Positions 1 to 8,761 of a stretch of DNA of 16,872 bases are shown one piece after another (the first letter of the stretch is position 1; every line of letters starts with the position of its first letter). The translations under genes and the position numbers were made by a program. The DNA lies in the NCBI GenBank assembly GCA_042217585.1, contig JBDGSJ010000022.1, forward strand, positions 1-16,872. The letters are read 5' to 3'. The notes below the pieces were generated by a model. It had not been told where the DNA came from. It searched no databases and saw only the letters and a list, made by a program, of their open reading frames with translations. The DNA is from Candidatus Nanohaloarchaea archaeon (lineage in GTDB: Archaea; Nanohalarchaeota; Nanosalinia; Nanosalinales; Nanosalinaceae).

Positions 1-36
1 GTCGACTCAGCGTAACGAGTCGGAGCAGATGATGGA

Positions 37-954
37 TTACAGGGAGAGCTGGTAGATGTAACGGGTCATCGAGCCGTGGACGTAGACCGAGTGGTCCGGC
101 TCCATCCCCCTCAGTTCTTCCCTGTCGGAGACCACGACCGCCCTGTCCGCCAGGCCCTCGAGGACGTCGAAAAGGTCCTCAACGGGGTTTCCCTCCGTCT
201 TCGACGCCTTGCCGTACGGGAGGTCAGTCACGACCGCGTCCATCCCCCCGAACATCTCGAGGGCCTCCGATACCTCGCCCTGCTGGATGTCATGGACTAT
301 CACGCCGTACTCCTCAAGGTTCTCCCGCGTCCCCTCCACCATCTCCTCCTGGATGTCGAGGCCGTGGACCCCCACGCCGCAGAGCCCTGCCTCGATCAGT
401 ATCCCGCCGGTCCCGCAGAACGGGTCCAGGACGTGTCCTCCGGGTTCGACGCCAGAGAGGTTCACGAGGACCCTTGCCAGCACGGGATCCATGGAGACGG
501 GTGACTGGAAAGGTCTCTCCTCGTTCTCCCTTTTTTGAAAAAGGCCGCGGTCTATGTCCTCGACGGTCCTCCCGATGACGTACTGTTCCTCGAAGCCGTA
601 GACGCGGACGGTTTCCCGTGGATGGTCGAGGTCCACCTCGTTCTCCTCCGTGGAGAGCACCTCTCCCAGTTCTCTCTCGATCTCTTCCTCGCGGTCCCCT
701 GCGTAGTCCTTCGCCCTGACCGCGAAACGGCGTTCAGGCCTGTAATCCGTGTCGAGCTCTCCCGTCCTTTCCACGACCTTCACGGCCTCGTGGGTCAGCG
801 CCAGTCTCTTCAGCTGGTCCGGCTCCGAATCCGTGAACGCTATCCTGTCGGTCCTCTCCGGTTCCTCCTCCACGCCCTGGGACCTGAGGAAACCCCGGAG
901 TTCTGCCTCCGCGAGCTCCAGGTCCTCCCCGGCCAGCCTGTACGCGTATGTCAC
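37..954 (-). CDS. trm11: THUMP-domain tRNA (guanine-10-N2)-methyltransferase (Trm11/TrmG10 family), ~305 aa
   Basis: C-terminal part of ORF 37..1791. Motifs RPFQSPVSMDPVLARVLVNL, VLDPFCGTGGILIEAG (SAM binding) and TDLPYG. The likely start is GTG at 954, which overlaps the upstream TGA as GTGA. The ORF-track extension to 1791 is an out-of-frame overlap with the neighbouring gene. Confidence 0.88.
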   Translation of the reverse strand: MTYAYRLAGEDLELAEAELRGFLRSQGVEEEPERTDRIAFTDSEPDQLKRLALTHEAVKVVERTGELDTDYRPERRFAVRAKDYAGDREEEIERELGEVLSTEENEVDLDHPRETVRVYGFEEQYVIGRTVEDIDRGLFQKRENEERPFQSPVSMDPVLARVLVNLSGVEPGGHVLDPFCGTGGILIEAGLCGVGVHGLDIQEEMVEGTRENLEEYGVIVHDIQQGEVSEALEMFGGMDAVVTDLPYGKASKTEGNPVEDLFDVLEGLADRAVVVSDREELRGMEPDHSVYVHGSMTRYIYQLSL

Positions 955-1952
955 CGCGGACCACCCTGTTTGTCTATCGTGGCTAGCGAGATGTACCCTA
1001 TCAGGAGTCCGGGCCAGTAGGTCGTCAGCCTGAACAGCACCCCGATTATTATCGCGAGGTGGGGTGGAACACCCATAAGGACGTTGAGGACGCCCGCCAT
1101 CATCGCCTCGTAGGCGCCCGTCCCTCCAGGCGTGGGTGAGAACTGGGCGAGGTCCCCGACCGCCAGCACGAAGTAGAGCGGTGTGAAGTCGGGGTCCATC
1201 CCCAGAGAGAACATGATGAAGTAGAGGGAGAGGACCTGGAAAAGGAAGGAGAGGTGTGCGACCGCCGCGGTTTCGAGGAGGTGGCGCGGGTTCTCCCCTA
1301 TCATGTCGAAAGACTCCTCGAGCTCGTCGAGCCAGTCCTCCGCCCGGTCGACCAGCGATTCTCCACGTCCGAGGAAGTCTGAAACTTTTTCGAGGGAGGC
1401 AAATACGTATCCCTCTATCAGGCCGGCCCGGAACCACAGCACGTAGACGAGTGCTCCGCCCAGCATCATTACTACGGTGGAGACGTAGGCGAGCTGGAGC
1501 ACAAGATCGTTTACAGATTTGAAGAAAAGCATGTAGAAGGTCCCGCCTATCACGAAGGAGAAGCCGGGGAGCGCGTTGACTATGTCGGCGGAGAGGACCG
1601 CGGAGAGGGATCTCTCGTATCCTGATTCCGTGTTCTGGTTTATGACGTAGGCCATGAATGGTTCTCCGCCGAACTGTCCGAGCGGTGTCACCGAGTTCAT
1701 GAAGCTCCCGGCCATGAAAAGCCTGAGAGTGTACAGGTAGGAGAGATCCAGACCCATCTTCTTCAGGAACTGGTACCAGGTGTTGGCCCACACCGGGAAG
1801 ACCGCCATCCCGAAGACCAGTGCAGGGATGAGCGGGAGGAGGTCAGCCTTTCCCAGCGAGTCGATTATCTTGCCGGTGTCCGAGAAGTAAACCATGCCGA
1901 CCAGTATCAGGGTCGCGACCCCGAACCAGAGCCACTTGTTGTCCTTCTCCAT
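951..1952 (-). CDS. UPF0104 / lysylphosphatidylglycerol-synthase TM-domain (flippase-like) membrane protein, paralog 1
   Basis: 333 aa, multiple hydrophobic helices, family motifs FMNSVTPLGQFGGEP, SPTPGGTGAYE and LFRLTTYW. Confidence 0.85.
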   Translation of the reverse strand: MEKDNKWLWFGVATLILVGMVYFSDTGKIIDSLGKADLLPLIPALVFGMAVFPVWANTWYQFLKKMGLDLSYLYTLRLFMAGSFMNSVTPLGQFGGEPFMAYVINQNTESGYERSLSAVLSADIVNALPGFSFVIGGTFYMLFFKSVNDLVLQLAYVSTVVMMLGGALVYVLWFRAGLIEGYVFASLEKVSDFLGRGESLVDRAEDWLDELEESFDMIGENPRHLLETAAVAHLSFLFQVLSLYFIMFSLGMDPDFTPLYFVLAVGDLAQFSPTPGGTGAYEAMMAGVLNVLMGVPPHLAIIIGVLFRLTTYWPGLLIGYISLATIDKQGGPR

Positions 1953-2757
1953 CTCTATCCTCTCACCGGTTCCACACCGATTTTATTGTCACCGTTCTTT
2001 TTGAAACAGGACCTGTCAGGACTCGTCAAGTGAAAGCAGTGCCAGGTATCCCAGCGCTATACCCGGCCAGTAGGTCGTCATCCGGAACAGTATCGCCGCT
2101 ATCAGGGCGACCGGGAAGCTCAGGCTCATGAAGACGGTCAGGACCGATGCCATCGCGGCCTCGAAGGTCCCGGAGCCTCCAGGCGTGGGTGAGAACTGGG
2201 CCAGCCCCGAGACCGCCAGCACGAAGTAGAGCGGCGTGAAGTCGGGGTCCATCCCCAGAGAAAACAGGATGAAGTAGAGGCAGAAGACCTGCGACAGGAA
2301 GGAGAGATGCGCGATGACAGCGACCCTGAAAAGGTCCTCCGGCTCCTCCCCGATCATCTGGAAGGACTCCTCGAACCGGTCGGTCCACCTGTCAGCCTTC
2401 CGGACGAGCGATTCCCCGCGGCCCAGAACCCCCGATAACCTCTCCAGCAGGCTGAGGACCTGGTCCTCGATGGTCCCGGCCCTGAACCAGAGGGTGTAGA
2501 TGATGGAGCCTCCGAGGAGGAATACAAGCAGCGCTATGTAGGTGACCTGGAGGAACAGGTCGTTGACGGATTTGAAGAACAGCATGTAGAGCGCCCCGCC
2601 GAATATGAAGGTGAGGACCGGAGCTCCATTTACCACGTCGGCGGAGAACACCGCGGAGAGGGATCTCTCGTAGCTTGCGTCGGTGTTCCTGTTTATGACG
2701 TAGGCCATGAACGGTTCTCCGCCGAACTGTCCGAGCGGCGTCACCGAGTTCATGAAG
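1123..2757. repeat. Direct-repeat blocks shared by the two flippase-like paralogs (offset 1053 nt)
   Basis: By manual alignment, 1123-1208 vs 2176-2261 match at 80/86 nt and 1638-1704 vs 2691-2757 match at 65/67 nt. Confidence 0.9.
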
Positions 2758-3005
2758 TTTCCCGCCATGAAGAGCTTCAGGGTCTTCCTGTAGCTGACGT
2801 CCAGGTTCATCTGCCGGAAGAAGCTGTACCACGTGTTCGCCCATATCAGGAAGACCACCATCCCGAAGAAGAACGCCGGGACCAGGGGGAGAAGTTTCGC
2901 GCTCCTGACCGCATCGAGGAACTTCCCGACGTCCGCGAAGTAGATCATCGCGGCGAATATCAGCGTCGTGACCCCGAACCAGAGCGCCCTGCTGTCAGTA
3001 TCCAT
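2016..3005 (-). CDS. UPF0104 / lysylphosphatidylglycerol-synthase TM-domain (flippase-like) membrane protein, paralog 2
   Basis: 329 aa with the same motifs (FMNSVTPLGQFGGEP, SPTPGGSGTFE, LFRMTTYW); colinear with 951..1952. Confidence 0.85.
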   Translation of the reverse strand: MDTDSRALWFGVTTLIFAAMIYFADVGKFLDAVRSAKLLPLVPAFFFGMVVFLIWANTWYSFFRQMNLDVSYRKTLKLFMAGNFMNSVTPLGQFGGEPFMAYVINRNTDASYERSLSAVFSADVVNGAPVLTFIFGGALYMLFFKSVNDLFLQVTYIALLVFLLGGSIIYTLWFRAGTIEDQVLSLLERLSGVLGRGESLVRKADRWTDRFEESFQMIGEEPEDLFRVAVIAHLSFLSQVFCLYFILFSLGMDPDFTPLYFVLAVSGLAQFSPTPGGSGTFEAAMASVLTVFMSLSFPVALIAAILFRMTTYWPGIALGYLALLSLDES

Positions 3006-3282
3006 ACCTGTTTACAGCCCCGCACTCCTCGCAGGTGTAGTTCACGGTGTCGTTCTTCGAGTTTATGCGGACCGTGCAGTTCTCGCCCGGCAGGAGGAAG
3101 CTCTCGCATTCGTGGCAGTACTGCTTCCTGAGCCCGGACGGTATCGAGACCTGGGTCTTCATACCTATCTTCAGTGCCAGCTCCACGTACCGGTCCGCCA
3201 GCTCCTTCCTCCCGTTCTCCATCCGCCTTCTCGCCAGCGTGAAAAGCCGTTCGATGCGCTCCCGGGCGATTTCCTCCGCCAT
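2995..3282 (-). CDS. rnp4: Ribonuclease P protein component 4 (Rpp21)
   Basis: 95 aa; IARERIERLF, ADRYVELA and zinc-ribbon CHEC...CEECG..RY motifs. Overlaps the next gene by 11 nt. Confidence 0.93.
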   Translation of the reverse strand: MAEEIARERIERLFTLARRRMENGRKELADRYVELALKIGMKTQVSIPSGLRKQYCHECESFLLPGENCTVRINSKNDTVNYTCEECGAVNRYGY

Positions 3283-3321
3283 AGTTTCAAAAGTGTCGGC
3301 AGAAGTTTATACCTTACTTCG
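3283..3321. promoter_or_regulatory. Divergent promoter region rnp4 / glycosyltransferase
   Basis: 39-nt AT-rich gap. Minus-strand GTATAAAC (3312-3305) lies about 22 nt before the rnp4 ATG; plus-strand TTTCAAAA lies near 3285-3292. Confidence 0.55.
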
Positions 3322-4329
3322 ATGAGGATCAGCCACTACTTCGAGTGGGAGGACCAGATAACCGGAGGACACGCCCAGTCCGTGAAGAACCAGCGGAAGA
3401 TACTGGACCGCCGGGGCATCGACTACACCACAGAGCCGGACCTCGACGCAGACATCCTCCACCTCAACAACATGGGCCCTAAATCTGTTTACTACGCGAA
3501 GAAGGCCCGCGAGAGAGGTATCCCGGTCCTGGTCCACGCCCACCAGACCGCGGAGGACTTCAGGGAGAGCTTCTTCCTCTCCAACCTGCTCGCGGTCCCG
3601 CTGAGACCTTACCTCGAGTACGCGTACTCCCTGGCGGACCACCTGATATGTCCCTCGGAACACAACCGCGAGGTGATGGAGGGCTACTCCGACGCGGAGA
3701 AGACGGTCATAAGCAACGGGTTCGACCCGGACAAGCTGGAGGGCTTCCAGGACCTCAGGGAGGAGTACCTCGACAGGTACGACCTGGAGCCGCCCGTCGT
3801 GTTCTGCGTCGGCCACGTGATAAAGAGGAAGGGGCTTGAGAAGTTCATAGAGACCGCCAGGCAGATGCCGGAGCTGGACTTCGCCTGGTTCGGCTATATC
3901 AACCCGATGGGCGAGGGAGCTCTCGGATCGGTCCTCCAGAGCAGGGACACGAAAAAGCTGGTCGAGGAATCCCCGGACAACTGCACCTTCACGGGATACA
4001 TAGAAGACGTCAGGGGAGGATTCGCCGCCGGAGACATATTCTTCTTCCCGACCAAGAACGAGAACGAGGGTATGGCGCTCCTCGAGGCGATGCACTGCGG
4101 AAAACCGGTTGTGGTCCGCGATATCGAAACATACACCTGGCTTGAAGACGGCAAGGACTGTCTCAAGGCGGAGGAAGATTTCACCGGGGAGTTAGAGGAA
4201 CTGAAGGATGAGGAAAGAAGGGAGAAGCTGGGAGAGCGTGCGAGAGATGTCAGCAGGCAGTTCAGGCTTGAGAACGTCGGTGACAGGCTCGTGGAACTTT
4301 ACAGGGACGTGCTCGAGGACCGGAGCTGA
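3322..4329 (+). CDS. GT4 glycosyltransferase, CpoA/LafB-like putative diglycosyl-lipid synthase, ~335 aa
   Basis: Start corrected to ATG 3322 (MRISHYFEW). Motifs HAHQTAEDFRESF, ISNGFD, RKG and EX7E (ENEGMALLE). Confidence 0.85.
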   Translation: MRISHYFEWEDQITGGHAQSVKNQRKILDRRGIDYTTEPDLDADILHLNNMGPKSVYYAKKARERGIPVLVHAHQTAEDFRESFFLSNLLAVPLRPYLEYAYSLADHLICPSEHNREVMEGYSDAEKTVISNGFDPDKLEGFQDLREEYLDRYDLEPPVVFCVGHVIKRKGLEKFIETARQMPELDFAWFGYINPMGEGALGSVLQSRDTKKLVEESPDNCTFTGYIEDVRGGFAAGDIFFFPTKNENEGMALLEAMHCGKPVVVRDIETYTWLEDGKDCLKAEEDFTGELEELKDEERREKLGERARDVSRQFRLENVGDRLVELYRDVLEDRS

Positions 4330-4390
4330 GAGAGCCTCTTGATATGTTTTTCAACGCTCAGAGGGGTTCTGGCCGCTGAGAATCCACCTG

Positions 4391-4397
4391 TATAAAA
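4391..4397 (+). promoter_or_regulatory. TATA box, probable leaderless transcript
   Basis: TATAAAA ending 23 nt before ATG 4421, typical archaeal spacing. Confidence 0.65.
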
Positions 4398-4420
4398 GAG
4401 CTTGTGAGTTAATCCGGTGC

Positions 4421-5461
4421 ATGAGGGTCGGATTCTTCTCCGACAGCTACTTCCCGGAGATAGACGGGGTCTCCTACACGCTGAAGTCGTGGAGGGACCG
4501 GCTGGAGGAGAGAGGTCACGAAGTATACATAATCTACCCGGACTCCGACAGGTACGAGCCGGGCGAACGGGAGATACCTGTACCTTCACTGCCGAATCCT
4601 TTCTACAGCGGCTACAATGTCCCGTTCCCGGTCAACACCGGGAGATTCCCCGAGGTCGATGTGGTCCACTGCCACTCGCCATTCAACCTCGGACGGGTGG
4701 GAAGGTACTACGCGAGGATCAGGGACCTGCCGACGGTCTACACCCACCACACGCCGGTTGAGGAGTACTTCGAGCAGGCGACCCGGAGCGAGGCGATGGC
4801 GAAGATGATAGAGAAGTTATACCTCCCGCTCGAGAACAGGTTCATGAGGAAGTTCGACACCGTGACGTCCTCCACCTCACGGATAAACAGGGATGTCGAG
4901 ACGGTCCAGCTGCCGGTCGGCCTGGACATGAGGTTCTTTGAACCCCGGGACGGATCGTTCGTCGACGAACTTGAAGGTCCTGTCGCGGGGTACAGCGGCA
5001 GGATAAGCATGGAGAAGAACGTGGAGAAGCTGCTGGAGTTCGCCGGCGGTTTCGACGGGACCGTGATGATAGTGGGTGAGGGACCGCGGAAGGAGGCACT
5101 GGTCAGGAAGGCGCCGGATAACGTCGTGTTCAGGGATTTCCTGGACCGGGAGAAGCTTCCCGAGTTCTACTCCGGTATCGACGTTTTCGTCACTGCCTCG
5201 ACCGGCGATACGCTTGGTCTCTCGACGCTCGAGGCCAACTCCTGCGGCACACCGGTCGCGGCGCCTGACGTCCCTCCCTTCGACGAGACCATACAGGGGG
5301 AGAACGGCCTCAGGTACGACCTTGATGATATGGAGGATATGAGAGAGAAGATCCGGGGATGCCTCAAGGGCGAGTTCAGCACCAGGGAGGCGGTCCGGGG
5401 TTACTCACTGGAGAAAACCATCGACGGTCTCGAAGAAATTTATACAGCTATCACGGGTTGA
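4421..5461 (+). CDS. GT4 glycosyltransferase, LafA/MGS-like putative monoglycosyl-lipid synthase
   Basis: 346 aa; MRVGFFSDSYFPEIDGVS, VHCHSPF, YTHHT, GRISMEKN and DX7E (DTLGLSTLE) motifs. Confidence 0.87.
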   Translation: MRVGFFSDSYFPEIDGVSYTLKSWRDRLEERGHEVYIIYPDSDRYEPGEREIPVPSLPNPFYSGYNVPFPVNTGRFPEVDVVHCHSPFNLGRVGRYYARIRDLPTVYTHHTPVEEYFEQATRSEAMAKMIEKLYLPLENRFMRKFDTVTSSTSRINRDVETVQLPVGLDMRFFEPRDGSFVDELEGPVAGYSGRISMEKNVEKLLEFAGGFDGTVMIVGEGPRKEALVRKAPDNVVFRDFLDREKLPEFYSGIDVFVTASTGDTLGLSTLEANSCGTPVAAPDVPPFDETIQGENGLRYDLDDMEDMREKIRGCLKGEFSTREAVRGYSLEKTIDGLEEIYTAITG

Positions 5462-5466
5462 TCTCC

Positions 5467-7113
5467 ATGGGGTCCGACAACGTCGATATATTCAAGAAGA
5501 TCGTCTTCAGCCTCCCGTCGACGAGGACGGACCTCGCGGCGATGTTCGTGCTGGGCACATTTTACGCAGGACTGATGTTCCTGGGTATAGAGACGTTCAC
5601 GGCGTTCAGGCCTCCCGTGGAGGCGGTCATTTACATCGCGGTGTTCCTCTTCATACTGCCGACCCTTCTGTCGGCGGAGGCGATGCACAGGACCCTTCCG
5701 GACTACCCGAGGAAATGGGGTTACTTCCTCAGCCTGGTGAACCAGCTCATAATCTTCCTCTACAGCATGGTGCTCACAGGAGCGGACAACACGCTCAACG
5801 CCTGGAACATCATCTGGCTCGGTCTGATGACGGTCTTCCTCGGGAGCTTCTTCGTCCTGATAGTCTCGAAGGGCCTGGAGCTGGTGAAGAGGATAGCAGC
5901 GGTCAGCCTGGTCCACCCAGCGATGATAATCATCGCCTTCCACCTTTTCCTCGGCAGCAGGATAGGGATACCGCCGAGGCTCTACCTGATGAACACCGCG
6001 GTCCTCCTCGTCCTTGGAGCGATACTCATCGCCATATTTTTCATCGCCGAGTACCTGATGGGGAGCAACGTTGCGATATCCGCGTTCGAGCTGACATCGG
6101 GCATACTGCAAGAGGACCAGCGCTCCCTGGACCTCGGAAGACCTGTAAGACCGGATGTCCAGACCCTGAAGCTGGAGAACGACCAGGGAGAACTTACTGT
6201 CGCGGTACCGTGGGTCCACCCCGGACCGCTGGACGCGTTCGGCGGCGGCAAACTCACGCAGAAGGTCATAGGCGAACTGAACAGGGAGGGAGACGGTTTC
6301 TTCCTCCACGTGCCCTGCAGCCACCGGGAGGACCTCGCAAACCCGGGAGAGGCCGACAAGGTACTTGAGGCTCTCCAGGACCCTGAATGCGCGGACCAGG
6401 CCTCACGGATGGTGAAGAAGGAGTACGAGCTCGCCACGCTTTACGGCAGGAGGATCGGCGACCAGAAGATCATCTACATGGACGCGCCTGGATACGACGA
6501 CTACCACGTCGCGATCTTCCGCGAGTTCATCGACAGGGATGACACGATGCTGATAGACCTCCACAACCACGACGACCAGGAAGGGCCGGACCGTGTGATG
6601 TTCTACAGCACCACCGAGGCGGACGAGATAAGGAGGGAGGTGGAAGACATGATAGAGGTCCTGGAGGACGAAGAACTTCACGACTACTCCGCGGGCTACG
6701 GAGTCAGGATGGGCGAGAAACCCGTGTTCGCGCTGGCCGAGGAGGTCCAGGGCCAGGAGACACTGCTGTTCGGGGTCGAGGGCAACGGCTCGATAGAGGA
6801 GACCCGTAGGCTCAGGGACGAGATGGCGCAGGAGGTCGACGAGGCCATACTGTTCTCCACAGACACCCACGCCAGTCTCCACGAGCTCGCGAAGGGACAG
6901 GAGGTCGACATAGGGCTGATGAGGGAGGCCATACAGGAGGCAAGGGAGAGCATCTCGCCGGCGAGGACCGGGTTCTCGAACACCCGGGCACGGGAGATCC
7001 ACCTCCTCAGGGAGGACTACCTCAAGCTGATATTCAGCATAAACATGCTGATAAGAGGCCTGATACTGGCGCTGATCGTCTACTACATCGTGCTGGTCCT
7101 CTGGGTCTTCTGA
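5467..7113 (+). CDS. DUF2070-like archaeal membrane protein, ~548 aa
   Basis: Start corrected to ATG 5467, 5 nt after the GT stop. Several N-terminal TM helices, a soluble domain with VHPGP..FGGG, DLHNH and TDTH motifs, and a C-terminal TM helix. Confidence 0.72.
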   Translation: MGSDNVDIFKKIVFSLPSTRTDLAAMFVLGTFYAGLMFLGIETFTAFRPPVEAVIYIAVFLFILPTLLSAEAMHRTLPDYPRKWGYFLSLVNQLIIFLYSMVLTGADNTLNAWNIIWLGLMTVFLGSFFVLIVSKGLELVKRIAAVSLVHPAMIIIAFHLFLGSRIGIPPRLYLMNTAVLLVLGAILIAIFFIAEYLMGSNVAISAFELTSGILQEDQRSLDLGRPVRPDVQTLKLENDQGELTVAVPWVHPGPLDAFGGGKLTQKVIGELNREGDGFFLHVPCSHREDLANPGEADKVLEALQDPECADQASRMVKKEYELATLYGRRIGDQKIIYMDAPGYDDYHVAIFREFIDRDDTMLIDLHNHDDQEGPDRVMFYSTTEADEIRREVEDMIEVLEDEELHDYSAGYGVRMGEKPVFALAEEVQGQETLLFGVEGNGSIEETRRLRDEMAQEVDEAILFSTDTHASLHELAKGQEVDIGLMREAIQEARESISPARTGFSNTRAREIHLLREDYLKLIFSINMLIRGLILALIVYYIVLVLWVF

Positions 7114-7145
7114 GCCTTGAAATAAGTTCGTGAGAAAACGGTGTT

Positions 7146-7469
7146 ATGCCGACGGAAGAAGAGGTCCGGGGACAGCTGGAACAGGTCATGGACCCGGAGC
7201 TCGACGTGAACATAGTCGACCTCGGACTGATATACGAGATAGATGCGGGAGAGGACGAGGTATACATCAAGATGACTCTCACGACCCCGGGATGCCCTCT
7301 CCACGGCGTATTCGACGAGATGGTGAGGAGAGAGGTCGGAAAACTGGAGAGCATCTCGGAAAGAGATATAGAGGTCGAACTCACCTTCGAGCCGAAATGG
7401 ACTCCTGAAAAGATGAGCGAAGAGGCGAGGGACCAACTCGGCCACCTGCCCGGCACAAACACCTTCTGA
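7146..7469 (+). CDS. Metal-sulfur cluster assembly factor (SufT / DUF59 / PaaD-like)
   Basis: 107 aa; DPELDVNIVDLGLIY, MTLTTPGCP and PKWTPEKMSEEAR motifs. TTGAAATA box at 7117-7124. Confidence 0.92.
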   Translation: MPTEEEVRGQLEQVMDPELDVNIVDLGLIYEIDAGEDEVYIKMTLTTPGCPLHGVFDEMVRREVGKLESISERDIEVELTFEPKWTPEKMSEEARDQLGHLPGTNTF

Positions 7470-7889
7470 CTACTCTTCCCTGCCCGGACCGACCGTCATG
7501 ACCGGGACCTCCGCGGTCCTTATGACCTTTTCAGCGGTGCTTCCCAGGAGCACCCGCTCAAGCCCGGACTTTCCAAGGCTTCCCATCACTATCAGGTCCA
7601 CCTCCTTCTCCTCCACGAACTCGTTTATCGCCTCGTGCGGGATGCCGCGGCGGACGTGCTCCTCCGCCTCATCGAACTCCCCGGCGACGCTCTCGGTCGC
7701 CCTCTCACCCTCCTCCTCTATCTCCCCCATGATCGTGTCGAGGTACTCGCCCGCGGTATCGACCCTCAGGTCCACGACGTAGAGGACGTGGACCTCCGCA
7801 TCGTACTTCTCCGCGAGACTTCTCGCATGAGGCACAGCTCTCCGGGATTCCTCGCTTCCGTCCGTCGGTAGAAGTATCCTCTCGTACAT
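7470..7889 (-). CDS. Universal stress protein (UspA family)
   Basis: 139 aa; ILLPTDGSE, DLIVMGSLGKSG and LLGSTAEKVIR.AEVPV motifs. Confidence 0.95.
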   Translation of the reverse strand: MYERILLPTDGSEESRRAVPHARSLAEKYDAEVHVLYVVDLRVDTAGEYLDTIMGEIEEEGERATESVAGEFDEAEEHVRRGIPHEAINEFVEEKEVDLIVMGSLGKSGLERVLLGSTAEKVIRTAEVPVMTVGPGREE

Positions 7890-7941
7890 GTTTCCTGTTG
7901 CGGGACCGCAGGTTTTCTTACTTCCGGTCCAGCAGATCGAG

Positions 7942-7949
7942 TTTTTAAG
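7942..7949 (+). promoter_or_regulatory. TATA box, probable leaderless transcript
   Basis: TTTTTAAG ending 23 nt before ATG 7973. Confidence 0.6.
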
Positions 7950-7972
7950 CCCTGAGCGTTAATGACTGTAGC

Positions 7973-8761
7973 ATGGCTACAGCAGGGGAGGAGGTCGAGG
8001 ACCCGGAGCCGGTGATGTGGACCGAGGTCATGGACACGGATGAACTCGCCTTCGTCCAGCAGAGGCTGGAGGCGGACCATGGTATCGACATGGAGGACGA
8101 GGCCGGAAAGAAGGGTGCCTCCCGGAAGATCGGAAGGACGTTCTACACGGACCTGGAGACGGAGGTCCAGGTCGGTGACGCCGAACTTACTATAACTCTG
8201 GAGGGCGAGGACGAGGTCGAGATGGGTTACTTCTCGGACGACGTGGAGATGCTCTCCTCCTTCCAGGACTACCTCGAGAACACGCTGGAGGAGTTCCGCG
8301 GCGACGGTGTCGAGGGCGACGAGATGATGCTTGAACCCTACAAGTTCAGGGATCTCGACGGCGCCGAACTGCTTTACGTGACCCGGTCGCTCAGGCAGGA
8401 GGAAAGGGTCGAGGGACCTGAGTCCCGGCCTGCGAAGGGCCAGGTCAGGGAGTACCCCATCAGGGTCGAGAACCTGGATATGGACGAGGAGGACTCGTAC
8501 ATCATGCAGGGAGACACCGTGGTCGGCGACGGCAGGTACCAGGTCAAGGACCTGGAGTTCAGGGGGACGCAGGGACCTGTCACCGGTGCAGAGGGCCAGA
8601 TATCGGTCAGGCCGGTGAAGAACGAGGACGGTCTGTACAACCTCAAGGTCCGGTCGCAGGACGAGGACGCGCTCGGCTACCTCGTGAACCTGGTGCGCAG
8701 GTTCAGGTCGGAGGCGCCTGAACAGGTCGACTCCGACTACATGCTGGACGGCAAGGCTTGA
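7973..8761 (+). CDS. Hypothetical highly acidic protein
   Basis: 262 aa with GC3-rich codon usage like its neighbours and an upstream TATA box. It fills the gap exactly; no motif recognised. Confidence 0.8.
   Translation: MATAGEEVEDPEPVMWTEVMDTDELAFVQQRLEADHGIDMEDEAGKKGASRKIGRTFYTDLETEVQVGDAELTITLEGEDEVEMGYFSDDVEMLSSFQDYLENTLEEFRGDGVEGDEMMLEPYKFRDLDGAELLYVTRSLRQEERVEGPESRPAKGQVREYPIRVENLDMDEEDSYIMQGDTVVGDGRYQVKDLEFRGTQGPVTGAEGQISVRPVKNEDGLYNLKVRSQDEDALGYLVNLVRRFRSEAPEQVDSDYMLDGKA

Noticed and set aside
2..55. Possible 3' end of a plus-strand gene (STQRNESEQMMDYRESW*) overlapping the trm11 end
   Set aside because: Too short to support without upstream sequence.
955..1791. N-terminal extension of the 584-aa ORF, suggesting a fusion or frameshift
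   Set aside because: It is an Arg/Gly/Pro-rich alternate frame of the flippase-like gene; a GTG start at 954 gives a normal-length Trm11.
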